Shown here: piece by piece, positions 47,248-57,441 of the stretch
Numbering within the stretch: the stretch's first letter is position 1
How the letters are laid out: the number at the start of each line of letters is the position of its first letter
IMG/VR virus record: IMGVR_UViG_3300027971_004105
DNA: 64,000 nt
From: a virus
Lineage: Duplodnaviria > Caudoviricetes
Reading direction: 5' to 3' (one strand)
Notes under the pieces: model-generated
What the model was told of the DNA's origin: nothing
What the model saw: only the letters and a program-made list of their open reading frames with translations
Databases searched by the model: none
Position numbers and translations under genes: made by a program

Positions 47248-47905
47248 CCTTAAACACAGCAGCATCACCTTCCGGTCCCATGTGATTCACTGTGAAATGA
47301 AATATATCATTCAACCAATGATTTTCAAATTTATGTCTAAAAGAATCTGTTCTACAACTGATATAAAACAAAGGTGTACGCATTTCTATTCCATGTTTCC
47401 AATCATGTAAAAATTTAATGTCTTTTAATTCTGCTTTGGGCCAATCATGTATACGTATGTCTCCAAAACTCCAAAGATGTATGATTTTTCCAGATACTTT
47501 ACTGAGATATTCATGATCCAACCAATATGCTGTGGCTGTGAATTCCATTCTTTCTTTGTTCCAATCACGCAAATGTTCTATGTACATCTGTGCTGCTTTA
47601 GATCTAGGATCGTCTTTTTTGTATGCTTTAGGACCTGTAAAATCTCCTTTGTGATGATATATTCTGTAAGGTTCGGTCCAGCAGAACACTGTGTAATCTA
47701 AATTTTTGTATTGATCAAAGTTTTTTGTGTAATCTATCACTGTAGTCCAATAGCTGGAACCTCCCACTCCATTGTGAACAACTTTGCTGTCCAAATGATC
47801 TGCTAATTGTCCCATCCAATTTTGTTTTTCAGCATAGGAACAAAAACTATCTCCAAAAAATCCTATCTGCTTTTGGGCACCTGTACGTCCGCGATACATA
47901 CACAT
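47213..47905 (-). CDS. SGNH/GDSL-like hypothetical protein (start uncertain)
   Basis: FFGDSF, NGVGGSS and C-terminal VNHM. Confidence 0.5.
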   Translation of the reverse strand: MCMYRGRTGAQKQIGFFGDSFCSYAEKQNWMGQLADHLDSKVVHNGVGGSSYWTTVIDYTKNFDQYKNLDYTVFCWTEPYRIYHHKGDFTGPKAYKKDDPRSKAAQMYIEHLRDWNKERMEFTATAYWLDHEYLSKVSGKIIHLWSFGDIRIHDWPKAELKDIKFLHDWKHGIEMRTPLFYISCRTDSFRHKFENHWLNDIFHFTVNHMGPEGDAAVFKAIKDVLTQEKL

Positions 47906-48843
47906 CTCCTTTGATTACAAATGATTGATTTTGTGGGAAATTTAAATTCTTCATTGTATTTTTTTCCAACAAAATTATTTAATTCGACTCTACAGCCTGC
48001 TCCCAAATACATGCGTTTGTCATAATTTATGTATATTCTATTGATGCCTGCGTCACATTTGAACCCACTCCAGTCCACAATGTCATGAGTAACTGCCCAA
48101 TAAGGATCAAAATCTTTGATGCCTTCCTCAGTGACCATGTACATGTCTCTGTTCAATTTGGAATCCACTCTTGGACTGATTCTGTTTTGTGCTCTAATAG
48201 GAGTTTGAAAAATTTGTTTTTGTTCTGCAGTGTAAGGATATAAATCTCTTTCTTCTGCAGTGTCTGATTCCCAAGTGTGATGCAAAGGTTTGGCTTGTAT
48301 GCCCCATTGTTTGTGCTGACTGTTTTTTAACACTTCTACTATTTCCAAACATCTATTCCAATCGTTGGGCTTCATCATCACATGACAGATGCTGTCGATT
48401 TTTTGTTCTATCAGATTATCACACACTGCTACAATGTGATTGGGATCCACAAATTCTGGGTGTATGCTGAAATGCACAGCAAAAAAGTTTTTAGCATGCT
48501 CCTGCCACCAGTGTAATTTTCTACTGCCATTGGTAATGGGTATGATATAATTATTAGGTTTGGAATTTATGTAGGCACACAGCTCGGCAAAATCCTTGTA
48601 TAGTGTAGGTTCACCCCCACCAAATTTCCAAATGTAATCTGTGATACCTAGGTTGCTGTAATGATTGTGAAGTTTGTCTATGAATGTTTTGCTTTCATCT
48701 AGGTTTATCCAAGGAAAGCTATTGTTGTGCAGTATGGGCAGACAGTATGAACAATTGTAATTGCAAGTATTGCCCAATGTCCATTCAATCTGCAGCACAC
48801 GGTTAAATTCTTTAAATTTATAATCTATTTTTTCAATCAACAT
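47863..48843 (-). CDS. radical SAM enzyme with C-terminal Cys cluster
   Basis: CNYNCSYC, GGGEPT, ITNG, CNQRRCVC. Confidence 0.9.
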   Translation of the reverse strand: MLIEKIDYKFKEFNRVLQIEWTLGNTCNYNCSYCLPILHNNSFPWINLDESKTFIDKLHNHYSNLGITDYIWKFGGGEPTLYKDFAELCAYINSKPNNYIIPITNGSRKLHWWQEHAKNFFAVHFSIHPEFVDPNHIVAVCDNLIEQKIDSICHVMMKPNDWNRCLEIVEVLKNSQHKQWGIQAKPLHHTWESDTAEERDLYPYTAEQKQIFQTPIRAQNRISPRVDSKLNRDMYMVTEEGIKDFDPYWAVTHDIVDWSGFKCDAGINRIYINYDKRMYLGAGCRVELNNFVGKKYNEEFKFPTKSIICNQRRCVCIADVQVPKSR

Positions 48844-49735
48844 TGTTCAACTTGGTTATGTTTATGTCTGCAGCACAAGTGCACCATTTGCGAGTACAAT
48901 CAATAGGTGTTGTGGGTTTTGCAAAAGTGCCTTGATAGATGTTGCCCAAACTGCCACCCACTCTACAAGTGGCTCGGTGAACTGCACCATCCCAATTGAT
49001 CATAAGACTTTCCACACCAGCCATACAACTCCATCCTAGAAATTGATTGGTTTTGTTGATCAGTAAATCATTCACATTGCATTCCACTGTGTTGTCTATG
49101 AGAGTATTTTTTGGTGGGGTATGATTGTTTACTGCCAAAAATTCTTTCTCTTCCGCACTGTAATGAATCATGTCTTCAAAATCATCGTGTGTTTTGGTCC
49201 AGCGTATGGGTCTCAGAGCATAGCGTATGCCCGCATCTAAAAGAGCCTCACAAGCGTCTTTAACGTCTTTTAAACGTCCTGGCAGCATCATCATATGCAC
49301 TAGAACATTTTTGTTGGCAGACTGTGCGTAAACCTTGATAATTGTGTTTATCACCTTCAGCCAATCAGATTCCAAATGCACACTGAACACAATATGATTG
49401 ATATAGTTTTCCAAAATATTTTGGTAAAATTCCACAGTTCTGGTACCATTGGTGGTGACATTGATCCAACCAATTTTATTTTTGGCATGTTGTAACAACT
49501 GTTCTATGTGTGGATGCACACAAGGTTCACCGCCAGTCAAACTGATTCTCACATTGGGTATAACGCTCAATGTGTCCACAGTGCGTTTCAGTATTTCTAT
49601 ATCAGTGTGTTCACTGTGATTGTCATGTATTTCTGCTGGACAATAGCTGCAATCCAAATTGCATCGTTTGCCAAGATTCCATTCCACTTTGACACTGTTT
49701 CTGATATGAGGATACAAGTGTTCCACTTTAAACAT
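48833..49735 (-). CDS. radical SAM enzyme with C-terminal Cys cluster
   Basis: CNLDCSYC, TGGEP, TTNG, CTRKWCTC; ATG 49735 preferred. Confidence 0.9.
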   Translation of the reverse strand: MFKVEHLYPHIRNSVKVEWNLGKRCNLDCSYCPAEIHDNHSEHTDIEILKRTVDTLSVIPNVRISLTGGEPCVHPHIEQLLQHAKNKIGWINVTTNGTRTVEFYQNILENYINHIVFSVHLESDWLKVINTIIKVYAQSANKNVLVHMMMLPGRLKDVKDACEALLDAGIRYALRPIRWTKTHDDFEDMIHYSAEEKEFLAVNNHTPPKNTLIDNTVECNVNDLLINKTNQFLGWSCMAGVESLMINWDGAVHRATCRVGGSLGNIYQGTFAKPTTPIDCTRKWCTCAADINITKLNNVD

Positions 49736-50996
49736 AATCAGCAAACTCCGGATTTATTTTTTCAAAAGGTCCTTGATTTCTTGTGATGTCTAATCGGCGA
49801 TTAAAATCCACACAATCCATCCAGTATTGATTAAGATCTTTGGCTTTTAAAAAATTAATGTTGTCCTGTATTTGTTGTAGAGTAATTTTTTCCAATATTG
49901 GATGCTGTTGGACCAATGCATAATCTTTAATTCGAGGTTTCATTGCTTCCAGTTTGTCTATCACTTGATTTTTTAATTTTGCTGGCAACACTTGAGCACT
50001 CAATGCTCGGGGATAGTTTACTCTGTGACTGTAAAACACAATGCCCAAATCATTTAAAAAGTAATCAATCACACGGTCTATTTGCATGATATTGTTGGCT
50101 TGCACTGTGAATGCTCCCACTATTCTACTCACTGTGGGTATTTGTTTTATTATTTTTATGTTGTTGACCACATCCATGAACTTGCCATTGCCTCGGATAT
50201 ATTCATAAGTGTCAAAGATTCCATCAATACTCACATTCACTGCCACACTTTTAAATTTGGGCCAGTATTCCTGTATAGTCCTACCACCTTTGATGCCCAA
50301 CACTGTGCCATTGGTGGCATATTTGATCTCAATGTTGGATCCATTCTCACTCAATAGGTCCAATATTTTATAATGTGTGGGATCCATTAGAGGTTCGCCA
50401 CCAGCAAATTCCACACGTTTAAAATGAGGAATAAGTTTTTTTAAATTGTCCCAAAAATGTGGTTTATCTTCAAACAGATCCACATGCGGAGCCTGTGTCA
50501 AACCCAGATCTTCCACTGCTTTGACCAAGTAATTGTTTTCTTTCTTGTAATGATCCACAATACTGTTCCAGTCTTTCCATTGTGTGCTGTCCAATGGATT
50601 ACACATACGACATTTCAAGTTGCACAAGTTATTAATTTTGATTTCCATAGTGGGCAATTCAAAAGGCATGGTATAATCTTCTTTTAAACTGTCCAAAGCC
50701 GTGGGATATAGATTGATTCTAGATTCAGGAATATTATCACTGATGTGTCTTTGTCTCAAACTCTGCACTCCTTGATCTTCTAGATCAAAACAAGGCGCAC
50801 ACACATCAGGTCGCTCATCATTCAACACCTGACGTCGCACTTCTTTCATCTTTTCATTGTTCCATGCCTGTTCCATGGTTTCATTTTGTATATTACTGAT
50901 GGGTAAACTTCTGCAACACACCTTTATAGCACCATCTTCTCTGGTGGCCAATCCTGTGAATGGATGCATACAAAATGTACAACTTTTATTTTTCAT
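49728..50996 (-). CDS. radical SAM enzyme with N-terminal SPASM/twitch domain
   Basis: CMHPF...GAIKVCC...CAPC; CNLKCRMC; FAGGEPL. Confidence 0.9.
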   Translation of the reverse strand: MKNKSCTFCMHPFTGLATREDGAIKVCCRSLPISNIQNETMEQAWNNEKMKEVRRQVLNDERPDVCAPCFDLEDQGVQSLRQRHISDNIPESRINLYPTALDSLKEDYTMPFELPTMEIKINNLCNLKCRMCNPLDSTQWKDWNSIVDHYKKENNYLVKAVEDLGLTQAPHVDLFEDKPHFWDNLKKLIPHFKRVEFAGGEPLMDPTHYKILDLLSENGSNIEIKYATNGTVLGIKGGRTIQEYWPKFKSVAVNVSIDGIFDTYEYIRGNGKFMDVVNNIKIIKQIPTVSRIVGAFTVQANNIMQIDRVIDYFLNDLGIVFYSHRVNYPRALSAQVLPAKLKNQVIDKLEAMKPRIKDYALVQQHPILEKITLQQIQDNINFLKAKDLNQYWMDCVDFNRRLDITRNQGPFEKINPEFADYV

Positions 50997-51600
50997 TTTT
51001 CTTTCCTACAATCATAAATCTTTTGTATTTTTCTGTTTGTAATTCGCTGGGCTCCACAATAGGATACAGTTTACTATTGCTCACAAACTGATTCAAATCT
51101 TTCACAGGGTTCACATGTTCAGGAATCACAAAATCATTGCTTTGGCACACAATAATTTTGTCCTCAGGTATTAATTTCAACCATTCATTGTATTGTTCTG
51201 GCGTTAAATGTTCACACACTGTGTTAATAATCATGTCATAACGACTGTAATCTTTATAAGTGAGCATGTCTTGAGTAATAGCATGGAATTTGCCAGACAT
51301 TTCATACTGTTTGTTCATGGTGTTGGCTGTGTTTTCACACTTGCTGTCTATATCCATGCTGGTTATTTGGTTCACATACAGATCACTGTTGAACAAAAGT
51401 GTGGCCATCACTCCATACCACCCACCACAAATCAAAATATCCATGCTGTGTGCTCTGGGTAATTTTTTTAATTGTTCAATCAACCATACTTTGCTGTTGA
51501 TTTGACCTTTCCAGAAACTTTCCAATGTGCGATATCTGTCATCAGATTGTCTGATAGCATCCATCCAAAATAAAACGTCTTGTATATTAATTTTCAACAA
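50986..51600 (-). CDS. class I SAM-dependent methyltransferase-like protein
   Basis: ILICGGWYG, SMDID, INTVCEH. Confidence 0.7.
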   Translation of the reverse strand: MLKINIQDVLFWMDAIRQSDDRYRTLESFWKGQINSKVWLIEQLKKLPRAHSMDILICGGWYGVMATLLFNSDLYVNQITSMDIDSKCENTANTMNKQYEMSGKFHAITQDMLTYKDYSRYDMIINTVCEHLTPEQYNEWLKLIPEDKIIVCQSNDFVIPEHVNPVKDLNQFVSNSKLYPIVEPSELQTEKYKRFMIVGKKNEK

Positions 51601-52576
51601 ATTGTGCTCCTAGTTTATCAAATGAACCACACTGCTTGGTGCATTCTTTCAATCCCACTGTGCTCCATTGTGTTTCTATTTTTGAAAAAAATCCATTATC
51701 AAATATTTCTTTCAATGTTTCGCGATGTAAGTTGGGAAATTTAGAAATTTTTTCCATATAATCCACTCTAGATTCTTGCATGGGTGGTATCCATTCCATA
51801 TCCAACCAACAACAAGGCGACACATTACCACAAGCACTCACATACAACTGTTTGTATTTTTGTGCTTTACAAGCAATGTGTGGTTTGACTTCTTTTTGTG
51901 CGGCTTCAGACAACGGAATCATATCCAAACTGGTTTGAGTGGGTTTGATTCTGTGTGTGGGTCTACCCATGTCATCAATCACTTGTAAATAATCCTGTTT
52001 GAATCTAGAAGTGTGTTTGATTGAGAAATCCACAAAGCCCATGTCTTTGGACATTGTTCTACACTGTTCAATTTGATGTTCATTGTGAGCAAACACCAAC
52101 ATGTGCCATTTGGCCACTCCACCTGTTGAGATAAATGCTTGAGCATTTTCAATTATTTTATTGAAATCTGTACTGATTCTATAAAGATGATGGGTATCTG
52201 CCAAACCATCAATACCAAATGTCACTTTTACTTTCAATTGAGCCAATCTTTTCCACCATTCGGTATCTCTAGCACTGCCGTTGGTGTGCATGGCCAATCT
52301 AATGTTGGGATTTAGTTCACGCAAGTATTGATATATTTCCAATGTGTCTTTGGATATGATGGGATCTCCCAAATTACCACACATGAATAAACTTTCCAAT
52401 TGTTTTATGAAATCTGGTTCAAACCATTGTTTGAATACGCCCAAAGTTATTTCGTCCAATTTAATAAATGGATTTATTGGTCCTCCACTGATTCTTCTAG
52501 GACACATGGGGCACTTGGCTTGACACTTGCTGGTGATTTCCAAATGAATATCTCTTATATCTTGATATCTATACAT
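51587..52576 (-). CDS. radical SAM enzyme with C-terminal twitch domain
   Basis: CQAKCPMC, GNLGDP, HTNG, GNVSPCC. Confidence 0.9.
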   Translation of the reverse strand: MYRYQDIRDIHLEITSKCQAKCPMCPRRISGGPINPFIKLDEITLGVFKQWFEPDFIKQLESLFMCGNLGDPIISKDTLEIYQYLRELNPNIRLAMHTNGSARDTEWWKRLAQLKVKVTFGIDGLADTHHLYRISTDFNKIIENAQAFISTGGVAKWHMLVFAHNEHQIEQCRTMSKDMGFVDFSIKHTSRFKQDYLQVIDDMGRPTHRIKPTQTSLDMIPLSEAAQKEVKPHIACKAQKYKQLYVSACGNVSPCCWLDMEWIPPMQESRVDYMEKISKFPNLHRETLKEIFDNGFFSKIETQWSTVGLKECTKQCGSFDKLGAQFVEN

Positions 52577-53570
52577 GTTTGGCCTTGGGTATTTTTGAAT
52601 CTGCTGAACTCACACAAGTGGGAGTCACACAAACTCTTGGTTTATCAAACAATTTAAATCCTTGTTCTATATTGCCCAGTGGTTCATCATGACAACTGTA
52701 ACTTCTTTTGACTTCTCCGTTTGGTTCTCTAATGATACAACTTTGATATCCAGCATTACAGTGCCATCCTTTGAATTTATTGAACCCAAAAGCATTGAAT
52801 CGTTCTGCTTGATCCATATAATACTTATTGCCTTGAACATCTTGCATCTCAATTTGAAACAAGTCTTTGTAATTTTCACCTTCTTGAATGCGTTGAGGGA
52901 AGCCTGTTTGTAAAGTATTCAGTTGATCTCGAGTATAACCTTCAATAATAAAACTTGCTGTGGGATCACTCTGTGGTTTCAGTGTGACATTGATACCTCT
53001 GGAGTGGAGTCTTGCACATCTATCATAGTATTCTGTGAATCTTTCGGGCACCATCACTTGATTGATTGTGACAAACACATTGTGCTTCATCAACAGCAAT
53101 ATTTTATCTCCAAATTTTTGTTCATCAGCGAATTCAGCATGAAAGCTGGCAGTGATACTTCTGCGGTTCAATGTTTTTGTGGCTTCCAACCATCTTTCCC
53201 ACCATTTTTCCGAAGGACTTAGGTTGGTGGTCATGTGAATACTCTGATATTCTGGAGCAGTATCAGCACTGTAATGCTGTATCAATTGTAAAAAATCTTT
53301 GTAGGCAGTGGGTTCTCCACCTGAAAAACTGAAATGATAGTCAGTGAATCCATTCAGTCTAGCCTGACGTTTGATTTCATCCACCACTTGTGTGTAAACT
53401 GACAGTGGTCTGTGATCTTTCTGTTTGCTTTTGGCATAAGGCCAGCAGTAAGAACAATCATAGTTGCAAAAACGAGCCAAGATCCAACTCACAGAAAATA
53501 ATTTGCTGTCCAGCATGGTACGTTGACCAAAGTTTATAATTTTATCAAATGGAATGTTGGAATCTATCAT
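52569..53570 (-). CDS. radical SAM enzyme with C-terminal Cys cluster
   Basis: CNYDCSYC, FSGGEPT, TTN; ATGA coupling supports start 53570. Confidence 0.9.
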   Translation of the reverse strand: MIDSNIPFDKIINFGQRTMLDSKLFSVSWILARFCNYDCSYCWPYAKSKQKDHRPLSVYTQVVDEIKRQARLNGFTDYHFSFSGGEPTAYKDFLQLIQHYSADTAPEYQSIHMTTNLSPSEKWWERWLEATKTLNRRSITASFHAEFADEQKFGDKILLLMKHNVFVTINQVMVPERFTEYYDRCARLHSRGINVTLKPQSDPTASFIIEGYTRDQLNTLQTGFPQRIQEGENYKDLFQIEMQDVQGNKYYMDQAERFNAFGFNKFKGWHCNAGYQSCIIREPNGEVKRSYSCHDEPLGNIEQGFKLFDKPRVCVTPTCVSSADSKIPKAKHV

Positions 53571-54274
53571 AATATTTCTTTCTCCATGTGTGGAAATTGT
53601 CCCACAAACACCAATCGCAACCATTCAAAGTTGTTGATCAATCTCAAAGTGTCTGAATTATCTCGGTTGTCTGAGCCATACACTCTGCCTGCCAGTGCTC
53701 CAGCAACGGCATACTCTCCGTATGGTTTATCATCTCCCACTGTGCACCAAATCAATAATCTTTTTTCAGTTTCCTTGTCTTCTTGACGATCGATTACTTT
53801 GCTGCTGAGCTTGACACACTCTCTAAAAGCACTTTTCCATGTGTTGAATGGATCTGTATTGAACACAGTGGTGTTGGATACTTCATGCATGGCTCTAAAT
53901 CTATTAGATATACTAGTGGTCATGTCTATTCTGTTGGGATCCATGTTCATAGTGAGTCTTTTGGGCAATAATTTCACTCCGCCATAACCATATTCCAGTT
54001 CATTGATAGGATTTCGACTTCTCCACACATGCACAGCATCCATATCTTTATCAGGCACTTCATAATCAAACATAAAGTTGTGTTCAATCACTGCATCACC
54101 ATCCACCACCCAAAACATTTTAGTCAAACTCTGTGTGGCAGCTTTGATATGTGCCTGTTGAATGCCTTTTACTCCGTGAACTCTTTGCGCCAATGGAAAT
54201 CTTTGTTTCAACAGAGCATAATTTTGATCTGCATTGGGTTCATTGTAACTGATAAAAAATATATCGTGCATCAT
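53567..54274 (-). CDS. GT-A-like glycosyltransferase
   Basis: FFISYNEPNAD, AHIKAA, VVDGD (DxD), YGYGGVKL. Confidence 0.6.
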   Translation of the reverse strand: MMHDIFFISYNEPNADQNYALLKQRFPLAQRVHGVKGIQQAHIKAATQSLTKMFWVVDGDAVIEHNFMFDYEVPDKDMDAVHVWRSRNPINELEYGYGGVKLLPKRLTMNMDPNRIDMTTSISNRFRAMHEVSNTTVFNTDPFNTWKSAFRECVKLSSKVIDRQEDKETEKRLLIWCTVGDDKPYGEYAVAGALAGRVYGSDNRDNSDTLRLINNFEWLRLVFVGQFPHMEKEIL

Positions 54275-55187
54275 ACAGTCTTTCTTATGGTTCTGGGTGA
54301 ATTGATATACACCTTTTTGAAAAATTCACTGCTTTCTGCATCGTATGGTTCCGTAGGAAACTCCATTTGGAATCGTTCTTTAATAGTTTTACCCAAAGAG
54401 ATACATTTTTGTTTGGCATCTTGTGCATTCATACTGTTATTGTTGCTGGTGCTGATCCATAATTGTTCTAAAACTTTAAAATCTCTCACTTGTTTGAAAT
54501 CCCATTGGGTGCAAAGTGTTCGATAACAACCTTCTCTGGCTCCTGCAATGGCCCAAATGCCATGTTCCACATCCTGACCCACAGTCATCCAGATTAATAA
54601 TCTGTGATAATTCTGCCACCATAGTTGATCCAACGACTGTATTTTAAAATTTTTATACAAACTCATCTTAACACCTTCTCTAAATCCAGCTCTCCATGCT
54701 TGTTTGGGTGTGCTGTTGATGTAACTGGTGGAATAGTTTTCATTGAATTGAAACAGTTTATCAAAATAACAAAATTCTATCTCATTATTATCCTTACCAG
54801 AAAAATTTTCATGTGTTTTCATCTCATTCACAAAAGTTTTGGTCCATAATTTTAAACTGCCATTGCCATACTTTAATCCATTAATCCATTCACGTTGGTA
54901 TGTCCACACCAGCTGAAAATATATGTGTGATCCATGCCCATGCTGTTTAGATCCAGTTGAATATTGAGAAATTTAGGATCTAGTTGTGTGTCTCCGTCCA
55001 CAGTTAAAAAATATTCTGTGTCAGACACAGCAGCACAGGCTTTGTGTGCAGCATCTGATCCTTCCACGCCGTGAACTCTTTTGGCCCAAGGTATTTTTCT
55101 TTTTAAATCTGCATAATTTTTATCAGCATTGGGCTCATCAAAGCTCAAAAATACCACATCGCAATCTTTGATAGCAATCTTATGCAT
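54271..55187 (-). pseudogene. GT-A-like glycosyltransferase paralog split by an 8-bp duplication frameshift
   Basis: Removing one AATGGATT copy gives a 909-bp, 302-aa frame ...NVNGLKYGNGSLKLW... collinear with 53567-54274. Confidence 0.8.
54875..54890. repeat. 8-bp tandem duplication AATCCATT x2
   Basis: Directly visible; sits exactly at the frame switch. Confidence 0.9.
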
Positions 55188-55758
55188 AAATCCTTTCAAT
55201 AGAATAATCAAAAGTTTTTCTACAGTAAATGTCCATGTTTGTCTCGGCATTCACATCTATCTGCACACTGTCTTGAGTGAGCAGTTCATAAAGATTCAAA
55301 TCTAATATTTTAATCAGTTGTGTGGCATCGTTGGATTTGCAACAATAAAACTTGTGGTTACGATGATTTTCTTTGGAAACTATGGTTTCTAAAGTTTTTT
55401 TAAATGTTTTGTCTGCTGTGAATTCAACTTTGTTTTGATTCAAATGTAATTTTATTTGTATGCCACTGTGATTTTTAATTTTATTGGGAATTTTATAAAC
55501 GTTGTGATTGATTATTTCAGTTTTTTTAGAATGAATCACATTTTCCACTGAGTTTAATACTCCATCTTTTTGAATTTGATATTGACCATTGAGATATATC
55601 ACTTTGTACTTGTGTATAGACTCCATACCTATAATAAATTTTTCACCCAAAGCAGTGTCTATGGCCAGACTGTTGTTGTTTTGGCTGCCTGAACAACCTA
55701 AGATTTTTCCTGATTCTGGGTCAAATGTTACGTACATATGGTTATTGGGTTGATTCAT
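55180..55758 (-). CDS. hypothetical protein
   Basis: ATG 55758 overlaps the end of the upstream gene. Confidence 0.6.
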   Translation of the reverse strand: MNQPNNHMYVTFDPESGKILGCSGSQNNNSLAIDTALGEKFIIGMESIHKYKVIYLNGQYQIQKDGVLNSVENVIHSKKTEIINHNVYKIPNKIKNHSGIQIKLHLNQNKVEFTADKTFKKTLETIVSKENHRNHKFYCCKSNDATQLIKILDLNLYELLTQDSVQIDVNAETNMDIYCRKTFDYSIERIYA

Positions 55759-56590
55759 AATATTTTTTTTTAATGATTGCAAACAGTTCATCAGTTAAGA
55801 ATTCATTTTCCACATAATGCAACACTCCTCGTTGACGAAAATTATCAATTTTTATATGACCTTCCATGTCATGATACACATTTACTTTTTTCATCCAGTG
55901 ATCCGGCACTGTTTTCCAGTCTTGTAGATGAGGTTTCATATGAGTGAACGTGACGTAAGGTGTTCGGCTGGTAATTTTTTCAGTGATGCCTAATAATTTA
56001 CTGGCCAGTGCCACACTCACATCCATACTGCACCATTTTTGAGTGTGTTTGGGAGTGAATCTGTTATAGAATACTGCGTAATTTCTTACTATATCTCGCA
56101 AAAGTTCTACAAACTGATCATTTTCTTTGCATCTTTGATAGTAATGCACACCACAATAAAGGTTGGGCAGACTATTGCTTGTGAAAGTTTTGCGATAGTG
56201 ATCACTGTGACTGAATTCATCTCTATAATTTTTAACTGCACTGGTGAAATACATTTTATAATTTTTTAAAAACTTCCACCAATGACTGATATCACTCAAC
56301 ACCAACATATCTGCATCCAATATTATTGAATGTTTGAAGGGAGTGGCTGTGTAAATTTTATATCTGTTCTGTATTTTCCAATCTTGGTCCACTGCTTCAT
56401 CCATGCCAGGAATATCCACCACATGATCAAACACTGAGGACACAGTTTTTGTGACGTTAACATTTGTGATCAAACACACTTTGCTGTGAGGCATGTGCGT
56501 TTTGATACTCATGGCCAATGCCTGTGCCTGTCTCACATAGTCCACTTGTTCATTTTGCTGTGCAAACACACAGAACCCTTGATCTATCAT
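55742..56590 (-). CDS. GT-A glycosyltransferase-like protein (GT8-like)
   Basis: TPFKHSIILDADML (DxD), LYCGVHY, FTHMK. Confidence 0.7.
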   Translation of the reverse strand: MIDQGFCVFAQQNEQVDYVRQAQALAMSIKTHMPHSKVCLITNVNVTKTVSSVFDHVVDIPGMDEAVDQDWKIQNRYKIYTATPFKHSIILDADMLVLSDISHWWKFLKNYKMYFTSAVKNYRDEFSHSDHYRKTFTSNSLPNLYCGVHYYQRCKENDQFVELLRDIVRNYAVFYNRFTPKHTQKWCSMDVSVALASKLLGITEKITSRTPYVTFTHMKPHLQDWKTVPDHWMKKVNVYHDMEGHIKIDNFRQRGVLHYVENEFLTDELFAIIKKKYYESTQ

Positions 56591-57438
56591 TTGGAAAACT
56601 CCTCATCAATAATGTGGTCCAAACTGAATTTGTTCATCACGTGCAGATTAATATGTTTGGCCAAAGTTTTTGTGTATCCTTGTGTGTTGTACAATGAAAC
56701 AGTCCAGCAGTTCTGATCAAAATTGTCTGCTTTGTCTCTGTCAGTGATATAATACAACGAATCTGGCAAGCGTTGTGGCCATGCACCTTTGCAATATCCA
56801 TTCAACATGTGTATGGCCATGCTGAAAGCAAAATCATTTCTAAAATTTGGTTCATGTATCTGCCATGTGAATCTGTAAAAGTCCCAATGATTTTTAATAT
56901 GTGCAATCAGATCAAACAACTGTTTGACTCTGGGAGTTTTTTTAAAATAAAACACTGTGGCCCAATACATCTCCATGCCGGTTTCACTGATGTATTTGAT
57001 TTTCCATTCAGGTTGATTAAAATAATTGATGTAAATGGACTTTTGATGTATTAAAAAATCTTCTTTGCTGTGAAAACATCGGAGTAAATTATCATTGCCC
57101 ACTATGTAATCAGTGTCCATCACAATAGTTTCGTCATATGGAGTGAGTTCATAAGCAGTGGATCTTAAATGATTTTTCCATACATCTTTGATCTTGTGTT
57201 CCATGCCATTGTAAAAATCTCGAGTCTGAAGAGTTTGATGCTCACTGATATCTATCACTTGATCAAACACCGTGGATTGCTTTTTATATTTGTTATTTAG
57301 ATGTGCTTGATTGGAAGTGATCAGGGTCACTGGCAGACGCAGATGTTTTTTGATCTGCACAGCAGCAAAAATAGCCTGCTTCACATAATCAACTGTTTCA
57401 TTATTGTGAGCAAACATCACAATGCCTTGAGATTTCAT
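56587..57438 (-). CDS. GT-A glycosyltransferase-like protein, paralog of 55742-56590
   Basis: TPYDETIVMDTDYI, YWATVFYF, LHVMNK. Confidence 0.7.
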   Translation of the reverse strand: MKSQGIVMFAHNNETVDYVKQAIFAAVQIKKHLRLPVTLITSNQAHLNNKYKKQSTVFDQVIDISEHQTLQTRDFYNGMEHKIKDVWKNHLRSTAYELTPYDETIVMDTDYIVGNDNLLRCFHSKEDFLIHQKSIYINYFNQPEWKIKYISETGMEMYWATVFYFKKTPRVKQLFDLIAHIKNHWDFYRFTWQIHEPNFRNDFAFSMAIHMLNGYCKGAWPQRLPDSLYYITDRDKADNFDQNCWTVSLYNTQGYTKTLAKHINLHVMNKFSLDHIIDEEFSK

Positions 57439-57441
57439 GGC

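Noticed and set aside
7140-53624. Longest-ORF starts in the track (7140, 15472, 17481, 18420, 19462, 28463, 29988, 36888, 43942, 53624)
   Set aside because: They overlap upstream genes or promoters; downstream ATGs have SD motifs, stop-start coupling or follow the promoter.
54873-54909. Programmed ribosomal frameshift joining the two GT halves
   Set aside because: No XXXYYYZ slippery site or downstream structure; the 8-bp duplication fully explains the shift.
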